Positions 9,259 through 18,062 of a DNA stretch of 45,308 nucleotides are shown in pieces. The first letter of the stretch is position 1; each line of letters begins with the position of its first letter. The position numbers and the translations under genes are program-made. Origin of the DNA: Pseudomonadota bacterium (GTDB taxonomy: Bacteria > Pseudomonadota > Gammaproteobacteria > JAKAQQ01); contig JAKATI010000004.1 in assembly GCA_021828045.1 (NCBI GenBank), positions 1 to 45,308 of the forward strand, written 5' to 3'. Under the pieces are notes generated by a model. That model did not search any database, was not told where the DNA came from, and worked only from the letters and a program-made list of their open reading frames with translations.

Positions 9259-10361
9259 GAACCGGCCACCCGCCCCCGTCTGGTCACATAAGGAAGATGC
9301 AGATGGATCCGGAACTGGCCATCGTCTCCGGCCTCGATCCGGACCGGATCCAGCGTGTCAGGGTAGGCCAGCGAAAGACGGCTTTCCAGGATGTCGAGCC
9401 CGAGCCCGTGCCCCCGGCCCGTACGCCGCTCTCCGGACCTCGGATTGCTGATCAAAAGTTCCACGTGGCCTCCCGACAACTGTCCCCTGATTTCGATGCG
9501 CCCACCGCCCGCCCTGCCCTCAATCCCATGATAAACCGCATTTTCCACGATGGGCTGGAGAAGGAGGCGAGGGACTTCGGCATCGGCGGGGAGGGTCTGT
9601 GTTTCCCAGACGACCTCAAGCCGGTCGCCGAGCCGGATCTGCTCCAAGGCCAGGTAGCGCTTCGCCCAATCGAGTTCCTGCCCCAGTGTGGAACGGGATG
9701 AGGGGTCCTGAAGCACGGCGCGAAACAGGTCGGACAGGTCGAGCAGTGCTTGCTCGGCCGCATCCGGCGCCGCCCGGACCAGTGCGATGATGGAGTTCAG
9801 CGTATTGAACAGAAAGTGTGGGCGCAGGCGTGACTCCAGCGCTTCGAGACGGACCTCCGCCTCGGCCTGGACCTGGCTCCGCCAGCGACCGAGCACGTAA
9901 AGATGCCGCAAGACCAGGAGATCGATGATGGCGGCGGCCAGCGTGCTACGCCAGAGAAACCCCTGGAGCGGCTCCGCAGGGAGCGGCCACAGCACCTCGA
10001 CCCCCCAGCCGATCCCGATTGCGGTTGCGAGCAGGAGGGTATAGGACAAGAGCAGGGCAGCCGATTGCGGAAGAGGGGGTGCCCAGCGTCGAAGTCCGCA
10101 GAGCAGCCCGGCACCCGTCAGGGTGATCCACTGCACATAAAGCGAGATCCATCCCCAGCCAACCCAGAAGGCGCCCACCCATTCCGACTGGACCAGTGTG
10201 AGGACCAGGGCCACGAACTCGGCCATGAGGATCAGGCTCAGCGTGGAGGTCCCCGAACAGACTGCGGGCAGGAAACTCCAAGATGCGTGGCTGGCGGGTT
10301 GCCGCCCAGCTTTCTTGCGCGCCCCAGCCTCAGGCCCGGCCCTTGTTCTCGAAAAGGGCAC
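9255..10361 (-). CDS. algZ: LytS-type sensor histidine kinase (AlgZ/FimS-like)
   Basis: TM helices, then RLRPHFLFNTLNSI, LQPIVENAVYHG, GHGLGL; start uncertain. Confidence 0.87.
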   Translation of the reverse strand: MPFSRTRAGPEAGARKKAGRQPASHASWSFLPAVCSGTSTLSLILMAEFVALVLTLVQSEWVGAFWVGWGWISLYVQWITLTGAGLLCGLRRWAPPLPQSAALLLSYTLLLATAIGIGWGVEVLWPLPAEPLQGFLWRSTLAAAIIDLLVLRHLYVLGRWRSQVQAEAEVRLEALESRLRPHFLFNTLNSIIALVRAAPDAAEQALLDLSDLFRAVLQDPSSRSTLGQELDWAKRYLALEQIRLGDRLEVVWETQTLPADAEVPRLLLQPIVENAVYHGIEGRAGGGRIEIRGQLSGGHVELLISNPRSGERRTGRGHGLGLDILESRLSLAYPDTLDPVRIEAGDDGQFRIHLHLPYVTRRGRVAGS

Positions 10362-11223
10362 GCTTGAGCTCGAAAAGGGCCGACAGGTCTTGCTCCGAGC
10401 GATCCGGCAGCCGGTCGTAATGATGGAGAGTCATTTCCACAAGGGGAAGCTGAACGCCCTGCCGTGCGGCCATGTCACGGCAGATGCGCAGGTCTTTGGC
10501 GTGAAGCGCCATCTTGAAACCCAGCGGGTAGTTTCGTTCCGCCATGCGCGGACCCCGACGGCTGAGAAACCAGCTCGCCGCCGCCCCCTGGGACAATGCG
10601 GCAATCAGTTCCGGGAGCGGCAGCTTTTCGCAGGCGGCGAAGGCCAGCGCCTCGGAAACAGCCTGGTTGATCCCTGCCAGCATCAGCTGGTTGACTGCCT
10701 TGGCTGCCTGCCCCTGTCCGGTTGGCCCCAGGTGGGTGACCCGGGACCCAAGCGTTTCGAGGAGTGGTCGGGCATGCTCGACGATTTCCGCCTCGCCTCC
10801 CACAAGGAGGGTCAACGTGCCTGCAGCCGCGCCCTCGGTCCCCCCGGAGACCGGGCAGTCCAGGAAAGAGACCCCCCGGGCCTGGAGTCTCGACGCTGCA
10901 CTACGCGCCGTTTCCGGGGCTGTCGTGGAACAATCAATCACGGTCTGGCCGGAATCGAGGTGCGGGAGTAGGCGGTCCACCAGCTCCAGCACATCGGCAT
11001 CCCGACTGACACACAGGATGATCACGGGAGCAGCGCGAGCGGCTTCGGCCAAGGTTGTGAAGACCCGCGCCCCCTGCTCCCGACCCCACACCTCGGCGCG
11101 TTCCGGGCTGCGGTTCCAGGCTCCGGCGAGACGGCCAGCCCGGGCGAGGGTGGCGGCCATGGGCCCGCCCATGGCACCCAACCCGATGAAACTGGCCTCG
11201 TGGAATGCCCCGGGTTCGGTCAT
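10330..11223 (-). CDS. NAD(P)-dependent beta-hydroxyacid dehydrogenase (3-hydroxyisobutyrate/tartronate semialdehyde reductase family)
   Basis: FIGLGAMG, DCPVSGG, GQAAKAVNQ, KDL. Confidence 0.9.
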   Translation of the reverse strand: MTEPGAFHEASFIGLGAMGGPMAATLARAGRLAGAWNRSPERAEVWGREQGARVFTTLAEAARAAPVIILCVSRDADVLELVDRLLPHLDSGQTVIDCSTTAPETARSAASRLQARGVSFLDCPVSGGTEGAAAGTLTLLVGGEAEIVEHARPLLETLGSRVTHLGPTGQGQAAKAVNQLMLAGINQAVSEALAFAACEKLPLPELIAALSQGAAASWFLSRRGPRMAERNYPLGFKMALHAKDLRICRDMAARQGVQLPLVEMTLHHYDRLPDRSEQDLSALFELKRALFENKGRA

Positions 11224-13145
11224 GGTGGCAGATCTCCCGTGAGATAGGTTGACCCCTCAAGAATATGCTTGAGTTCCGCCATGAGATTCTGGGCGCTTTC
11301 CCGTGGACAGTCGGCCTGCACCAGCTTGTCGGCAACCTGCCGTTCGATCTCGGATCCCTCGACGTGGACATGATGCAGAAGATCACGGGCAGAATCCCCC
11401 CGGTGGCGGGCTGTGACCCGAAAACCGGCCTCTGTGGATTCAATGACGGCCGAATCGGTGCCTCCGAACAGGTTATGCATGTCGCCGAGGATCTCCTGGT
11501 AGGCACCGAGCAGAAAAAACCCCAGCCAGGGAGGGGGTTGCCCGTTGCTCTCAGGAACTGGAAGGCTTGGCATCAGGCAGTCGGGACCGACATACCGGTC
11601 AATCCGGCCATCGGAATCGCAGGTCAGATCATAGAGCCGGACCCGGCGGGTGGCAGGCTGGTCATGTCCGGTAAGTGGCACGATCGGGAAGACTTGATCG
11701 AGCGCCCAGATATCGGGCATGGACTGGAAGATCGAGAGGTTGCAGAACATCTTGCCGGCCAGGCGTTCCTCGAGTTCGGCGTATAAATCGGATACTCCAG
11801 CCTGGATGGAAGGTGTCCAACGCCGCTCCACCTGGCGCAGGATCAACTGGAACAGGCGTTCGGCCTCGGCCCGGCCTTCCAGCCCGATCTCCCCTCGGCT
11901 GAAACGGGCATGCACCTCGGACAGCCAGTAGACAGCTTCTTGATAGGCCTCCTGCGGCGTCTGGACCGCCTCCTGTCCGTAGAGTGACCAGAGTTCTCCG
12001 AGTGCCCAGTCGGGATGGGCCGACCGGGTGGGCCGGGTCTCGGAGATCGGTGGCTCGGTTTCGATGACATCCGTGACCAAGAGTGCGTGGTGGGCACTCA
12101 GGGCACGACCCGACTCGGACAGGAGATCAGGCTCTGAACACCCAGCCGCCTGGGCAGCCTCCTTGAATGTACGCACGATCACCTCGGCGTACTGTCCGAT
12201 CGAGTAGTTCATCGAACAGTCGCCACGCGAGCGGGTTCCATCGTAATCCACCGCCAGCCCCCCCCCGACGTCCACCGTACCCAGCGCCATGCCGCGCTGC
12301 CTGAGCTCGGCCCAGATGCGTCCAGCCTCCCGCAAGGCTCCCTGGATATCGCGCAGGTTGGCGATCTGGGAACCCATGTGGAAATGCAAAAGCTCGAGCC
12401 TGCCCCGCAACTCCGACTGTTCGAGCCGATCGATGGTCTCGATCAGTTCTGGAACGGTGAATCCAAACTTGGACTTGGCTCCACCTGTATTCTGCCATTT
12501 GCCCCCGGCAATGCTGGCCAGGCGAACCCGGATACCGAGTTGCGGAATGATGCCGAGAGCGCGGGATTCCTCGAGAATGCGTTCGAGTTCCGTCGGTTTC
12601 TCAAGCACGAGATAGACCCGGTGTCCGAGCCGGGTCGCCAGAAGTGCAAGACGGATGTAGTCCCGATCCTTGTATCCGTTGGCCACGATCGTCCCCCCCG
12701 GGGGGGCCAAGGCCAAGGCCATGACGAGCTCCGGTTTGCTGCCTGCCTCGAGGCCGATACCGGAACCGGCCGTACCGACCAGGGCCTCAACCACCGCCCG
12801 CTCCTGGTTGACCTTGATGGGGTAGATCGGGAGGTACTGGCCAGTGTAGCCCTCCCGGCCGCGCGCCCGTTCAAAAGCCAGGACCAGCTGCCCAAGACGC
12901 TGCTGCAGGATCTCCGGGAAGCGCAACAGGATGGGGAGGCGGTGCCCCAAGGCCAAAAGCTGCTCCGTGATCCCGGCCAGATCCAGGCTCCGGGTCCCCT
13001 TGGGATCAGGGCGTACGATACAATGTCCCCTTCCATCGATATCGAAGAAGCCCCCCCCCCAACGGGGCAGTCCATAGCGGGATCGTGCCGGGGTACCCAT
13101 GGTCGTTGACAGGAGAGGATCGGGGGTGGTTGTTTCAACCGGCAT
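11220..13145 (-). CDS. speA: Biosynthetic arginine decarboxylase
   Basis: YPIKVNQ (PLP lysine), GLEAGSKPEL, HFHMGSQI, DVGGGLAVDYDG, LTCDSDG; start at 13145 or 13100. Confidence 0.95.
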   Translation of the reverse strand: MPVETTTPDPLLSTTMGTPARSRYGLPRWGGGFFDIDGRGHCIVRPDPKGTRSLDLAGITEQLLALGHRLPILLRFPEILQQRLGQLVLAFERARGREGYTGQYLPIYPIKVNQERAVVEALVGTAGSGIGLEAGSKPELVMALALAPPGGTIVANGYKDRDYIRLALLATRLGHRVYLVLEKPTELERILEESRALGIIPQLGIRVRLASIAGGKWQNTGGAKSKFGFTVPELIETIDRLEQSELRGRLELLHFHMGSQIANLRDIQGALREAGRIWAELRQRGMALGTVDVGGGLAVDYDGTRSRGDCSMNYSIGQYAEVIVRTFKEAAQAAGCSEPDLLSESGRALSAHHALLVTDVIETEPPISETRPTRSAHPDWALGELWSLYGQEAVQTPQEAYQEAVYWLSEVHARFSRGEIGLEGRAEAERLFQLILRQVERRWTPSIQAGVSDLYAELEERLAGKMFCNLSIFQSMPDIWALDQVFPIVPLTGHDQPATRRVRLYDLTCDSDGRIDRYVGPDCLMPSLPVPESNGQPPPWLGFFLLGAYQEILGDMHNLFGGTDSAVIESTEAGFRVTARHRGDSARDLLHHVHVEGSEIERQVADKLVQADCPRESAQNLMAELKHILEGSTYLTGDLPP

Positions 13146-13179
13146 GACGGTCCGCTTTTCGACAGGTGAAGGTACCCAT

Positions 13180-14025
13180 ATGATGGATGATACCCAATGG
13201 TTTGTGGAACCGGCTCCCGGAGCCGGATGCTCGATCGGGCTCCGGGTCCGCAAGCGGCTGGCCCGTGTCGAAAGCCCCTACCAGACGATTGAGATCTTTG
13301 AAACAGAGGATTTCGGCCATCTCATGGCCATCGACGGTTGCATCATGCTGACCGAGCGAGATCACTTCATCTACCATGAGATGCTGGTCCATCCGGCGCT
13401 CCTGACCCATCCCCTGCCCAGACGAGTCGTGATCGTAGGCGGTGGCGATTGCGGAACCCTGACGGAAGTGCTCAAGCACCCGGAGGTCGAGTCCGCGGTA
13501 CAGGTCGAGATCGACCAAGCCGTCACGGCACTCGCCCGGCGCCACTTCTCTGAGCTGGCCCGGGCGGGAGACGATCCGCGTGCCGTCCTGCACTATGAGG
13601 ATGCCCTGCGCTGGATCGAGCGGGCTCCACCGGCCAGTATCGACGTTCTCTGTATTGACAGCACCGATCCGGTCGGTCCGGCCAAGGGGCTCTTTGAAAG
13701 CGAGTTCTACAGAACCTGCCGCAGCCGTCTCAAACCGGACGGGATCCTCGCGCTGCAGAGCGAGTCCCCTTTCCTCTACCCGGATCTCGTGAAACAGATC
13801 CACGGACGACTCGCTCAGGCCGGCTTCCGGGAACGCCTGCTTCTTCCCTTCTCGCAGCCCACCTATCCCTCCGGAGTCTGGTCGGTCAGCCTCGCCTCCT
13901 CAACCACTCCACTCAATCGCTTCCGCTCGCCCGACACCCTCACTCCGCCGCCTCGCTACTATTCAAGCGCACTGCACCGCGGCCTCGTTGACGGCCTCCC
14001 CACGCTCTTCCAGCAGCTTCTCTGA
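13180..14025 (+). CDS. speE: Polyamine aminopropyltransferase (spermidine synthase)
   Basis: SPYQTIEIFET, YHEMLVHP, GGGDCG, VEID, DSTDPVGPA. Confidence 0.95.
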   Translation: MMDDTQWFVEPAPGAGCSIGLRVRKRLARVESPYQTIEIFETEDFGHLMAIDGCIMLTERDHFIYHEMLVHPALLTHPLPRRVVIVGGGDCGTLTEVLKHPEVESAVQVEIDQAVTALARRHFSELARAGDDPRAVLHYEDALRWIERAPPASIDVLCIDSTDPVGPAKGLFESEFYRTCRSRLKPDGILALQSESPFLYPDLVKQIHGRLAQAGFRERLLLPFSQPTYPSGVWSVSLASSTTPLNRFRSPDTLTPPPRYYSSALHRGLVDGLPTLFQQLL

Positions 14026-14026
14026 G

Positions 14027-14500
14027 CTAACCGGGTGCCGATGCGGCTTTTTTGCAGAAAAGTTGCATACGGGCCCGGGCATTGTTTTTGTACTGGACCA
14101 GATTCTCTCCGCTAAGATATTGACTCTTGCCATTCGGCTGGACGAGCTGGAGCCGGCGAACCGATTCCAGGTGCTGGTACCGCCTACGGGCCACCTGGCA
14201 AAACACCTGCGCCTGCGCGGGGGTCAAACCGGGCACCTTGCGGGCCACGGGCTTGGGTTTGCCTTTTTTACCAGACGGCGCCTTGACCGCAGTCTTGGGA
14301 GCGCTTCTGCCGCCAAAGCTCGAGGGTGCCGAGAGCGCAAGACGTTGATAACGCACGCCATCAGGCGGCACGTCGGAGTAGTGGACGGTACCATGAGGAC
14401 CGACCCAGCGGTAGATTCCATGGGCCTGCACCCCACGTGCGGCCAACAGGGCCGCCGCCATCCCGGCACCCACCATCGCCACAACGATTTGCCACCTCAT
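14027..14500 (-). CDS. DUF4124-like exported protein
   Basis: Signal peptide, then IYRWVGPHGTVHYSDVPP; Lys/Pro linker; C-terminal Cys pair. Confidence 0.75.
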   Translation of the reverse strand: MRWQIVVAMVGAGMAAALLAARGVQAHGIYRWVGPHGTVHYSDVPPDGVRYQRLALSAPSSFGGRSAPKTAVKAPSGKKGKPKPVARKVPGLTPAQAQVFCQVARRRYQHLESVRRLQLVQPNGKSQYLSGENLVQYKNNARARMQLFCKKAASAPG

Positions 14501-14501
14501 C

Positions 14502-14882
<381 letters not shown>

Positions 14883-14943
14883 TCAAACGCGTTAAACTAT
14901 ATACCCTTCATGCTTTCGTGCCCGACAGGACCGGAGAAAGAAG

Positions 14944-15234
14944 ATGGCTACGCTTTCAGACTCGCTCGACTCGGTATTGTGCAAGATCCGGCAGGCCCTC
15001 CCCGATGATCTCGAGGACCTGGGTCGGGACCTCAGGAAGAACCTGAGGGCCCGCATGAACGGTGCCTTGAGCCGCCTGGATCTGGTGACGCGCGAGGAAT
15101 TTGAGGCCCAGCGCGAACTGGCCACGCGTCTGTCGGAACGGATCGAGGCACTCACCGCCCGACTCGAGGAGATGGGTGGCCGCGATAAGTCCGAGACAGG
15201 AGAGGCCCCCTCCCGCAAGACGCCTCGCCACTGA
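14944..15234 (+). CDS. ubiK: Ubiquinone biosynthesis accessory factor UbiK (YqiC/BMFP)
   Basis: LSRLDLVTREEFEAQ plus coiled coil; divergent from the P-II gene. Confidence 0.85.
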   Translation: MATLSDSLDSVLCKIRQALPDDLEDLGRDLRKNLRARMNGALSRLDLVTREEFEAQRELATRLSERIEALTARLEEMGGRDKSETGEAPSRKTPRH

Positions 15235-15258
15235 TTCCGAGGCGATTACTTCCCGGGA

Positions 15259-15816
15259 TCAGGGCTTGGGTGGTGCCAAGGGGTGCTGGGCCAGTACCCA
15301 GCGGGCCAAGGTTTCGGCTTGGGCCAAAGACAGTTGGGGATGGGCCGGCATGGCGATCCCCCCGGTCCACGGATTCCAGTAACCCACCCCTCCCTTGATG
15401 ATCTTGTGGGCCAGTTTCACAACGGCCGCCGCAACCTGCCCACGGAAGCGGTAGGCCACCCAGGCATAGGCCGGCCCCACCACTTTGCTATCGATGGCAT
15501 GACAGGCGAAACAGCCCTGGGCTGTCATGAAATGCCTGATCTCGGCCGGTGTCTTGAGAGCCGGGCCCTGGACAGTTGCCATCATAGGCGTCGCGGCGCC
15601 CTCCCCCGAAACGGATTTTGATTCCAGGCCGACCTGGCCCACTGGCCGCAGCCGCAGGTAGGCCTGCCGCTCGGCCAGGCGGGAAGACCCAAAACTTTCA
15701 TCACGGGACCGGATGGCAAGCCCATTCGCCAGGAAAATCAGGAGGACCGCAGTAACGAGCAGCGCCAGCAGGAAGATGGAAAAGGTCTGGATGAATTTTC
15801 GGTCTTGAAGATCCAT
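15259..15816 (-). CDS. Membrane-anchored monohaem cytochrome c (c551/c552-type domain)
   Basis: Starts MDLQDRKF; N-terminal TM helix; CFACH haem motif, VGPAY, distal Met in AMPAHP. The upstream part of the 558-aa ORF is antisense shadow of the malic enzyme. Confidence 0.9.
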   Translation of the reverse strand: MDLQDRKFIQTFSIFLLALLVTAVLLIFLANGLAIRSRDESFGSSRLAERQAYLRLRPVGQVGLESKSVSGEGAATPMMATVQGPALKTPAEIRHFMTAQGCFACHAIDSKVVGPAYAWVAYRFRGQVAAAVVKLAHKIIKGGVGYWNPWTGGIAMPAHPQLSLAQAETLARWVLAQHPLAPPKP

Positions 15817-16005
15817 GCCGGGCTCCACGGAGATTGATAGGGAATCGCAAGCAATATTATAGGGGCAGCCCATGGCCAGTGTTCTCGCCCGCCCGGGGGC
15901 TGTCCTCCGCACCCACCCCGAAGAGCGGTCGGAGCGGGAATCCGGAGACTTGGGGTTTATAGTAGTCTCTACCCTCCCTCTCACGACCACCCTACGATCC
16001 CACGC

Positions 16006-17307
16006 ATGCAGATCCCGGAAATCCTGCTTGTCGAATCCGAACATCGGCCAGGCAGCTTGGGCCGGATTCTCACCGCAATCGGAGAGTGCGGTGTCGTGAT
16101 CGATCACCTCACGGCCGTCCGTCGCCACCAAGACAGGACCACTTGGGAGATCACGATCGAGATTGATGAGGAAACCGGCCGGAGAGTCACCGAACGGCTG
16201 GCCGCCTTGCCGAACGCGCGGCTTGTCGGCAAATCGGACCGCGTCTTCGATCGGCACCGTGGTGGCAAGATCGAGATGGTCGCCAAGGTCCCGCTCGACT
16301 CTCTCCAGCAGTTGCGTGACCTCTACACCCCGGGAGTGGCCCGCGTTTGCCTGGCCATCCGAGACGATCCCGAAAAGATCCGGGAATGGACCAACTACGG
16401 CAATAGTGTCGGGATCGTCACAAACGGAACGGCCATCCTGGGACTGGGAGCGATCGGGGCCCAGGCCGGACTGCCTGTGATGGAAGGGAAATCCATGATC
16501 TACAGCCGGATGGTCGGCCTCTCGGGGATCCCGGTGCTGCTCCGCGAAACTGAACCGGGAAAAATTGTGGACACCATATTGGCCATCGAAGGGAGTTTCG
16601 CCGCGATCCATCTGGAAGACATTGCGGCACCCGCCTGCTTCACCGTGACCCGGGCTCTCGAACAGGCGCTCGACAAGCCGGTCCTCCATGATGACCAGGA
16701 CGGAACAGCGGTGGTTACGCTGGCGGCCCTTCTCACGGCCGTGCGCAAGACCGGGATCAATCTCCATGAGGCGGTCGTGGGCCAGGTGGGACTGGGCGCG
16801 GCCGGAATCGGGATCGCCCGTCTCATCCGCGACTTTGGTGTACGTGACCTGATCGGAACGGACCGCCGGCCAGAAGCCCGCAACGAGTTCGAGCAGCTCG
16901 GAGGGACCCTCGTCACCCTGGAGAAGCTGATGCACGACGCCTCAATCGTGATTGCAACCACCGGGGTCAAGGATCTCATTGCTCCTGCCTCCATCCAGCC
17001 GGGCCAGATCATTTTTGCCCTGTCCAATCCCGAGCCGGAAATCTCGGCCCGACACGCACTGGAAGCCGGTGCGGCCTTTGCCACCGATGGACGCAGTGTC
17101 AACAACGCCTTGGGCTTTCCCGGCCTCTTCCGGGGCGCGCTCGATGCCCGGGCCCGCAGGTTCACGCGGGAGATGCTGCTCGCAGCCTCCTACCGAATGG
17201 CTGAACTCGCGCCGGACGGGGAGATCCTTCCGGATGTGCTCGACCCTGCTACACACGCGGCCGTGGCCCACGCGGTCAGCCAAGCCGCCAACCGGAAATC
17301 TCCTTGA
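16006..17307 (+). CDS. NAD(P)-dependent malic enzyme with N-terminal ACT domain
   Basis: HRGGKI, YTPGVARVC, GTAILGLG, PVMEGK, IHLEDIAAP, HDDQDGTA, GLGAAG, LSNPEPEI, NNALGFPGLFRG; ACT-like HRPGSLGRI. Confidence 0.92.
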   Translation: MQIPEILLVESEHRPGSLGRILTAIGECGVVIDHLTAVRRHQDRTTWEITIEIDEETGRRVTERLAALPNARLVGKSDRVFDRHRGGKIEMVAKVPLDSLQQLRDLYTPGVARVCLAIRDDPEKIREWTNYGNSVGIVTNGTAILGLGAIGAQAGLPVMEGKSMIYSRMVGLSGIPVLLRETEPGKIVDTILAIEGSFAAIHLEDIAAPACFTVTRALEQALDKPVLHDDQDGTAVVTLAALLTAVRKTGINLHEAVVGQVGLGAAGIGIARLIRDFGVRDLIGTDRRPEARNEFEQLGGTLVTLEKLMHDASIVIATTGVKDLIAPASIQPGQIIFALSNPEPEISARHALEAGAAFATDGRSVNNALGFPGLFRGALDARARRFTREMLLAASYRMAELAPDGEILPDVLDPATHAAVAHAVSQAANRKSP

Positions 17308-17345
17308 CATAAGTCAAGACTCCAACTTCAAAAACAGGCTAACAT
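17303..17345 (+). promoter_or_regulatory. FNR/CRP-family box and -10 element upstream of the cyc1-cyc2 genes
   Basis: cTTGAC-ATAA-GTCAAg palindrome (17303-17318) and TAACAT (17340-17345). Confidence 0.7.
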
Positions 17346-17382
17346 GGGGAAATCGGATGGCCCTGCTCCTTGGAGGTCACCC

Positions 17383-18009
17383 ATGAAACACCTCTTCATT
17401 GGATTTACCCTGATCCTCTTCGTATCCTGTCTCGGGAGAGCAGCGTCCGCCGCAACCCCACCGACACCCGCCCCTCCCCCCTCTCGTGTGCTCACCAGCT
17501 GCTACATGTGCCACAGCACCCACGGCAGCGACCCGCGCTTCGGTTTCATTCCCCGCCTAGCCCACCAAAGCAAAGTCTATATCGAGGAGCAGCTCAAGGC
17601 TTTCCGTGATGGCAGCCGCTCGGATCCACCGGGTGTGATGTACATGTGGCCGGTGAGTGAAGCGCTTAGCAACCGGGAAATCGTGGCGGTTGCCCAATGG
17701 TACGCTTCCCAGCCGCCCCCTCCGCCCCAGCCGGGTGGGCGTCTCAGTGCGGCGGGCAAGATCATCTTCCACCAAGGAATCCTGAAGCAGGATGTTCCGG
17801 CCTGCATGAGCTGCCATGGACCCGATGCCGCGGGGAGCGGCATTTATCCCCGCCTCGCAGGGCAGAACGCAGAATACCTGGAAGAGCAGCTTCGGTTCTT
17901 CAAGAGTGGTGTCCGCCATGACAAGAACGCCGACATCATGCACATGATCGCGATCCACCTGACGGACCGCCAGATCCGGGCGGTCGCCGAATACCTCACC
18001 ACCCTCTGA
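17383..18009 (+). CDS. cyc1: Dihaem cytochrome c4, Cyc1-like
   Basis: Signal peptide; CYMCH and CMSCH; PRLAHQ/PRLAGQ; the YMWPV motif recalled from Acidithiobacillus Cyc1; GGAGG RBS. Confidence 0.85.
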   Translation: MKHLFIGFTLILFVSCLGRAASAATPPTPAPPPSRVLTSCYMCHSTHGSDPRFGFIPRLAHQSKVYIEEQLKAFRDGSRSDPPGVMYMWPVSEALSNREIVAVAQWYASQPPPPPQPGGRLSAAGKIIFHQGILKQDVPACMSCHGPDAAGSGIYPRLAGQNAEYLEEQLRFFKSGVRHDKNADIMHMIAIHLTDRQIRAVAEYLTTL

Positions 18010-18062
18010 GTGAAATCCCCGAACCCGACCAGATCCCCGTTTCACCACCCGAGACAGTCTCC

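Noticed and set aside
15817-16935. The 558-aa ORF read as a large cytochrome fusion
   Set aside because: Its upstream part is antisense to the malic enzyme; the credible protein starts at MDLQ (15816)
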